Shown: positions 59,348 through 64,000 of the stretch, one piece after another | Layout: the number at the start of each line of letters is the position of its first letter | Numbering within the stretch: the first letter of the stretch is position 1 | From: a virus | Lineage: Duplodnaviria; Caudoviricetes | IMG/VR virus record: IMGVR_UViG_2788499951_000002 | Span: 64,001-128,000 of that record | Length of the DNA: 64,000 nucleotides | Strand: one strand, 5' to 3' | Notes under the pieces: model-generated | Told to the model about the DNA's origin: nothing | The model's input: the letters and a program-made list of their open reading frames with translations, nothing else | Databases searched by the model: none | Program-made: the position numbers and the translations under genes

Positions 59348-60031
59348 TCATAACTCCTGCAGTGCAGCGACTTCCCGCATGTGTGGGTATTCCTCGGTGA
59401 CACGGCGTCCGAATGCATCCAGTTCCATCGCCAGAATCTCAACCTCGACCCTTGGGCAGATACCCCCACTAGCGGGTGGGTATATCCTTAGGCTCTTCAC
59501 CGTGTCAGACGTTCTGCTGATGAAGAGGTTATTCAGGAAAGCCAGCCAGCGCCGTGACCCTGTTTGCTCCTGCCATACCACATCCGACCGTTCTGTGTTT
59601 GTGCAGGAAATCCTGACCGTATCAGCATGGTGCATATCATGCATGGTGTCACATGTGAAGTCAACACCGCGTGTCATGTACCCACCGAAGTCAGAAACCG
59701 ACTGTAGGACACCATCTGAGGACCACTCAAGCAGTGCGCCACACGGTTGAAGCTCTCGGGGATGAAGCATCGAGAGATCACCCGTGAGATTGGGGATGTC
59801 ATTGAATGATGAGTTCAACAGTTCCCGTGTTCTCAGACGAGATAGATGAGCATGGATCAGGGACGCAATACAGACTCCCAGCGGGAACAGAGGAGGCAGG
59901 ACGATATATCCCCACCCACCGAGCCCGAGTATGGAAACAGCTGCAGAGATGCCGATTGCCCCGAATATACAGTTCGGAAGACGCTCTCTGACCTCTCGTT
60001 TCATCTGAATCACATACGGATGTGTCATCAA
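59348..60031 (-). CDS. C-terminal motif family, membrane (2 TM; ALQEL*)
   Basis: 227 aa. Confidence 0.75.
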   Translation of the reverse strand: MMTHPYVIQMKREVRERLPNCIFGAIGISAAVSILGLGGWGYIVLPPLFPLGVCIASLIHAHLSRLRTRELLNSSFNDIPNLTGDLSMLHPRELQPCGALLEWSSDGVLQSVSDFGGYMTRGVDFTCDTMHDMHHADTVRISCTNTERSDVVWQEQTGSRRWLAFLNNLFISRTSDTVKSLRIYPPASGGICPRVEVEILAMELDAFGRRVTEEYPHMREVAALQEL

Positions 60032-60252
60032 TCACTCTCCTTGTCTCTTCGAACCAGAATGATGTCGAATTCAAGCGACCACACCTTCAGGACGAAAGCC
60101 ATACCAGAGAAGAACCCTGCAACAAACAGGGCAATGACCCATCCTGATAACATGAACATGATCAGGAATACGAGTGCGATGATGAGTCGATATGAAGCAG
60201 CAGACGGCTTGATGTGGTACGGGACATTAGGCTTCGGTAATTGCATTGTCAC
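60028..60252 (-). CDS. small 2-TM membrane protein
   Basis: 74 aa hydrophobic. Confidence 0.65.
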   Translation of the reverse strand: MTMQLPKPNVPYHIKPSAASYRLIIALVFLIMFMLSGWVIALFVAGFFSGMAFVLKVWSLEFDIILVRRDKESD

Positions 60253-60306
60253 ACTCCTGAGATTGGAGGGCCACCCGAGAAAGAGTGGCCCTGATGAGAT
60301 GATAGA

Positions 60307-61686
60307 TTACCCGAGGAGGATCAGTTCGTCAACCTTCTCAGAAGAGTCGGCCTCGAACTTGTCTGTACGCACCTCGATGATGCGAGGGAGGTAGAACTTA
60401 CCGGCAGCCGTCAGACGGTGGAATCGAACCGCCACGATGGTCCCGACCAGTGCACCTTGAGAGTGAAGCTCAAACATCTTGGCACGCTGTTCTTCATTCA
60501 GGCCAGAACCGATTGAGCCACTGTACTTGCCGTCGGATGTTTCGATGGTCAGGGAACCAATGTCCTTGTCCGAACCCTTCATCAGGCGTGCATCAGTGAT
60601 CACCAGATCGCAGTCAGTCTGGATCTTCACCTTGATCCAATCCTTGGACTTCTTGGTCACATAGAGGGAATCGAGGTTCTTGATGACCACACCCTCTTCT
60701 CCTTCTTGGCGCATGATGCTGAAGTACTCATCAACCTCTTCCTTCGACTCGGCGATGATCCCATCAACAGGAATGATCGCACACTTCTCGAAGAAACCGG
60801 CATACACGAGGCGCTTCTTCAGCGGTGTTGAGTCGACCCCGATGCGGAGTTGATTGGCACTGCTGAGGCAGTCGAAGACGTAGAATCGCATGCGTGATTC
60901 TTCCTCCTCAGTCAGGTTCCCTTTGAGTGCCTTACTGGCCAGACCATTGGTTGTCTCACGGGGCAGACGCTTACCATGCTCGTCAAGGAAGATGATCTCA
61001 CCGTCGAGGGTGAAGCCGTCATACAGCTCACTTGCATAGTAAGAACGGAACTCCTCAAGGGACGGGATCAGGTTACCGGTCTGCTTCAGTTCTGCACCTG
61101 AGGAACTACGGACCTTGACACCGCCGTCTCGGGTACATTCGATCACACCACGATACCCATCCATCTTCATCTCGACACGAGCCGGATACTTGATGGAGTC
61201 GATGTTGGTTGCATCGTATGCCTTCATGACCTTGAATGTCGGGATCAGATCCTTCCATACCTTGTTGATGGTCGAGGCGGTTGCACCGATGAGGAGGTCA
61301 CGTGCGATTGCACGTTCAAGGAACGCATATTCCTCAGATGTCGCATGAGTCTTCACTGCCAGACCCAGAGCCGCAATCGAGGATTTGACCATACCATAGT
61401 CAGCCTTCTGCATGCCCAGAGAGATGATGGTACCGGCGATGGCATCAGAGGCATCCCCAATTTCATCGAACGGGTTGGTATTGGTGATACGCTCTACCAC
61501 CTCATCATCGAGGACAGACGGGTGCGGGATAGTGCGGATATGGAGATTCACGAACGGGTCATGAATCACAGAGAGGAACGTCTTGAGTTGGTCATTGGCT
61601 GAATACTCGTTCAGAACTACAATCTTGGCCTTCGGACCATTGGCATTACGAACATCGTTGAGGATGGAGAGGATGGTGGTTGACAT
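60307..61686 (-). CDS. ATP-dependent DNA ligase
   Basis: EMKMDGYR, LDGEI, FYVFD, EGVVIK, WIKVK, GSGL, YLPR...R.DK. Confidence 0.93.
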   Translation of the reverse strand: MSTTILSILNDVRNANGPKAKIVVLNEYSANDQLKTFLSVIHDPFVNLHIRTIPHPSVLDDEVVERITNTNPFDEIGDASDAIAGTIISLGMQKADYGMVKSSIAALGLAVKTHATSEEYAFLERAIARDLLIGATASTINKVWKDLIPTFKVMKAYDATNIDSIKYPARVEMKMDGYRGVIECTRDGGVKVRSSSGAELKQTGNLIPSLEEFRSYYASELYDGFTLDGEIIFLDEHGKRLPRETTNGLASKALKGNLTEEEESRMRFYVFDCLSSANQLRIGVDSTPLKKRLVYAGFFEKCAIIPVDGIIAESKEEVDEYFSIMRQEGEEGVVIKNLDSLYVTKKSKDWIKVKIQTDCDLVITDARLMKGSDKDIGSLTIETSDGKYSGSIGSGLNEEQRAKMFELHSQGALVGTIVAVRFHRLTAAGKFYLPRIIEVRTDKFEADSSEKVDELILLG

Positions 61687-61727
61687 GAAAAAGGCTCCGT
61701 TGTGCCATGTGGTTGGTTACGGAGCCT

Positions 61728-61756
61728 ATAGTAGGGGTTATGGAATCGATTGTCAA
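61728..61756 (-). promoter_or_regulatory. sigma70-like promoter for ligase and the downstream array
   Basis: TTGACA-17-TACTAT on the - strand. Confidence 0.6.
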
Positions 61757-61908
61757 ATATCTTCTTCGACAATGATCTCACCTTCCTCATGGAGACTCTC
61801 AAGCATCAGCTCTAGGTCGATCATGAGGGATTCTTTGCTGCGGACATCTTTGAATCGAATGCGAACCTCAAACTCGTCATATTCGATATTGCTTACATTA
61901 CGTGGCAT
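61753..61908 (-). CDS. small acidic hypothetical protein (51 aa)
   Basis: AAGGAG RBS; MPRNVSNIEYDEFEVRI... Confidence 0.55.
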   Translation of the reverse strand: MPRNVSNIEYDEFEVRIRFKDVRSKESLMIDLELMLESLHEEGEIIVEEDI

Positions 61909-61941
61909 AGTGACACTCCTTGTGTTTCACGCCACTATTTA

Positions 61942-62865
61942 CTACCCGATTTGGAACAGCTCCTTGGCCGTCTGTCGTTTCATCGAGGTCGTGTCCCAGC
62001 CCATCGCGGACATATAACTGTCGATCTTCTTCTTCGCAGCCTGCCACATCGCCTTATCATCAACTGCAATCGTGTCCATGAATGCCGGTAGGTTGTTGAT
62101 ATCAATGGGGAATGCCATGTACTTACCTTTCGGGTGTCTGATATTGAACACACCGATCTTGTCCCCTGCTCGGATCTTCTTGTCCATGGGTCCACACATT
62201 GAGTTGTAGAGCATGGCCGCCTTCACCTGATACGGGATGTTCTTCACCTTCCCCATCGCAAGTGCATCCTCGTACTTCTTCAGACCCTTGCAGGAGATCG
62301 GACGTGCGGTGTCTCGGATGTCGTACTCGAGATATCGCTTCCTCATCTTCTGAGTCTCCTGACGAAGTGTCTCTCGGTCGGCACCATTCAGTGCGGACTT
62401 GACCAGTTCTAGCAGGAGTTCTTTCACCGCCTTGGGGACGTCTGACTTCTTGAGTTCGACACCGGTGATCTTCAACTTGTCACACGGATCGCCTTCATTG
62501 TTGATCACATGCATGACATAGCGTTTCTTGGACAAGAACAATGATCTGTCAGACACAACCTCTCGGTCAGTCTGGATGATCTGATCACGTTCTTTCGGTG
62601 CATTGAATGCGAACCGTACGTATTCAGGGAACAGTGCATTGACTTCCTGACCGATGGCATCAGCAACATCCACGACCAAGTCCTTGTCCTCGAATTCATC
62701 AGGGAAGACACGGGCGAGATTGACAAATGCAGAATCTGTGTCCCCGCCTGTTAAGTTTTGTAACCATTTCTTCTCATACCGCCATACCCCATCATCGCCC
62801 TTGGTCCAGTTCCACACACTGTTCGGGCGTTCTGGGTCATCGAAATCTGGATATCGTTCACTCAT
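61942..62865 (-). CDS. family B DNA polymerase, C-terminal subunit (split gene)
   Basis: GDTDS (motif C), DRE, KKRY, LKITGVELKKSD.P, GDKI; own RBS GAGGAG; motifs A/B absent. Confidence 0.88.
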   Translation of the reverse strand: MSERYPDFDDPERPNSVWNWTKGDDGVWRYEKKWLQNLTGGDTDSAFVNLARVFPDEFEDKDLVVDVADAIGQEVNALFPEYVRFAFNAPKERDQIIQTDREVVSDRSLFLSKKRYVMHVINNEGDPCDKLKITGVELKKSDVPKAVKELLLELVKSALNGADRETLRQETQKMRKRYLEYDIRDTARPISCKGLKKYEDALAMGKVKNIPYQVKAAMLYNSMCGPMDKKIRAGDKIGVFNIRHPKGKYMAFPIDINNLPAFMDTIAVDDKAMWQAAKKKIDSYMSAMGWDTTSMKRQTAKELFQIG

Positions 62866-62877
62866 GTTTGTTTTCTC

Positions 62878-63592
62878 CTCTTAGGACTGACCATTTATCA
62901 TCGTACCACACATGAGAAAGGATCCCAACCTCTCGATTGGGATCCTCTGTTGGTGTTACTTCTTTCTGCCATGGAGTGGGTTGAATCCTAGCTCCCTGAG
63001 TTGTCTGAATCGAGCGGCAGCGGCGTCCAGAAGGGTATCACAACGCTCATGTCGCGCAGCGGTCGAAGAACCATTGGCATACGTCTTGGCGATCCACTTA
63101 CCACTTCGCTTGCAGTATGACACACCACTCAGCCCAATCGCATTATCAGACCTCAGCCGGACGTTCTTCTGATTATCGGCATAGCTGGCGAGCTGGAGAT
63201 TGTCCCACCGGTTATTGGTGGGATCCTGATCAATGTGGTCGATCAACTCGGGCGGCCACTCACCGGTCATCAGAACCCATGCGAGACGGTGAGCCAGCAC
63301 CTTGCTTTTGACCATCGGAAGGCGGACCTCGATCCGATAGTAATCACGGTTCTTCACCTTGCGCTTACCACCCGCCACCGTCCCTGCATATCGCCGGTTG
63401 AACTGGTTTGCGCCATTGACTGTCCAGTGCTCACTGACTGTCTTTCGTTTCTTCCAGATGAGATCACCAGTCTCAGGGTTATAGTCCAGCAACTCTCTGA
63501 CCTGTTCGACAGGTATTTCGATTCGTTCTTTAGCCATGATGTGTCTCCTTTTGTTGGCTGTTGGTTCACTTTCCTCTCTTAGGACTAACCAT
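62878..63592. repeat. 17-bp direct repeats flanking the HNH gene (62878-62894 and 63576-63592)
   Basis: CTCTTAGGACT(G/A)ACCAT, 16/17 identical. Confidence 0.75.
62956..63537 (-). CDS. HNH homing endonuclease (with AP2-like C-terminus)
   Basis: LDYNPETG.L.WK, AHRLAW...GEWP..IDHIDQD..NNRWDNL, N..G..GV..KW.A. Confidence 0.9.
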   Translation of the reverse strand: MAKERIEIPVEQVRELLDYNPETGDLIWKKRKTVSEHWTVNGANQFNRRYAGTVAGGKRKVKNRDYYRIEVRLPMVKSKVLAHRLAWVLMTGEWPPELIDHIDQDPTNNRWDNLQLASYADNQKNVRLRSDNAIGLSGVSYCKRSGKWIAKTYANGSSTAARHERCDTLLDAAAARFRQLRELGFNPLHGRKK

Positions 63593-63667
63593 CCTACCCG
63601 CCGGTCGGACCGATTTCAAGGAGCTGTTCTTCCTTGACGCGCTTGGCCTCTTCCAGTGTCTTCACAT

Positions 63668-63841
63668 TCATTCTCCTCTTATGCGTTTCTTGGCTTCTTG
63701 GGCACGTTTCACGTGGTATGCCCATCTCTCTTTGATGCCTTTCTTGGTGAGTCTTCCGACACCGGCTCCTCCGACGGTTATCTGTCTCGGGACTCTGAGC
63801 TTTCGTTTAAAATAGTCGTTCAAACGTTTTACGTAGTTCAT
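63668..63841 (-). CDS. small basic hypothetical protein (57 aa)
   Basis: MNYVKRLNDYFKRKLRVPR... Confidence 0.45.
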   Translation of the reverse strand: MNYVKRLNDYFKRKLRVPRQITVGGAGVGRLTKKGIKERWAYHVKRAQEAKKRIRGE

Positions 63842-63998
63842 TCCGTACCTTCTCCCCTCGTTGTCGTTTGATTCGTTGCCAACTGTCCTTGATCAGTTGC
63901 TTCTCCGGTGTAGTGAGAACTCCTTCATGGTCCATCACTTCAACATCCCCTCCGACGCGAACAATGACATTGGTGCGGGTGTCGAGGATATGAGGTTC
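63807..63998 (-). CDS. 3' end of a gene entering from the right edge
   Basis: Open frame EPHILDTRTNVIVRV...KTFERLF* to TAA at 63807. Confidence 0.5.
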   Translation of the reverse strand, partial: EPHILDTRTNVIVRVGGDVEVMDHEGVLTTPEKQLIKDSWQRIKRQRGEKVRNELRKTFERLF

Positions 63999-64000
63999 GT

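Noticed and set aside
46695-60031. C-terminal motif as a by-product of overlapping Shine-Dalgarno plus ATGA coupling (e.g. TTG GAG CAA TTA TGA = LEQL*)
   Set aside because: It may contribute in some genes. But the motif persists where the RBS lies at or after the stop (AIDDL, ALDTL, ALSRL, AINEL, AIEKI, ALSQL, ALHDL, AMCSL) or a promoter follows (AMESI). Coupling cannot explain the invariant Ala at -5.
62866-64000. Group I intron carrying the HNH gene inside the polymerase gene
   Set aside because: No upstream polymerase exon in the window, no recognisable intron core, and the polymerase fragment has its own RBS and start.
1-64000. CRISPR array, rRNA, IS elements, stop-codon recoding
   Set aside because: No regularly spaced repeats, rRNA or transposase seen. 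Core genes are intact in the standard code, and TAA, TAG and TGA all act as stops.

Overview
A 64 kb segment of a large lytic dsDNA myophage with a distantly T4-like gene set; no cellular housekeeping context is visible. About 1.9-41 kb (+ strand) carries replication, recombination and nucleotide metabolism genes: PhoH, dNMP kinase, intein-containing UvsX, UvsY, UvsW, GroES, clamp loader, RNA ligase plus PNK/phosphatase, primase, helicase, divergent DHFR, ThyA, rIIA/B, intein-containing NrdA, NrdB, glutaredoxin, an HslV-like Ntn peptidase, dCMP deaminase, a probable clamp and SSB. It also holds two separated fragments of a family C (DnaE-like) polymerase, 7 tRNAs and an unexplained ~480 nt structured non-coding RNA. 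About 41-45 kb holds head/neck/tail completion genes. About 45-64 kb (- strand) holds a long accessory array, DNA ligase, the C-terminal half of a split family B polymerase and an HNH endonuclease. The most striking feature: 18 of 20 consecutive genes at 46.7-60.0 kb, plus at least 5 genes elsewhere, encode highly divergent ~120-290 aa proteins (soluble and membrane-anchored) that all end in A-[LMIV]-x-x-[LIM]-stop. This points to a shared C-terminal docking or sorting signal. All calls are from motif recognition by eye; no searches were run.
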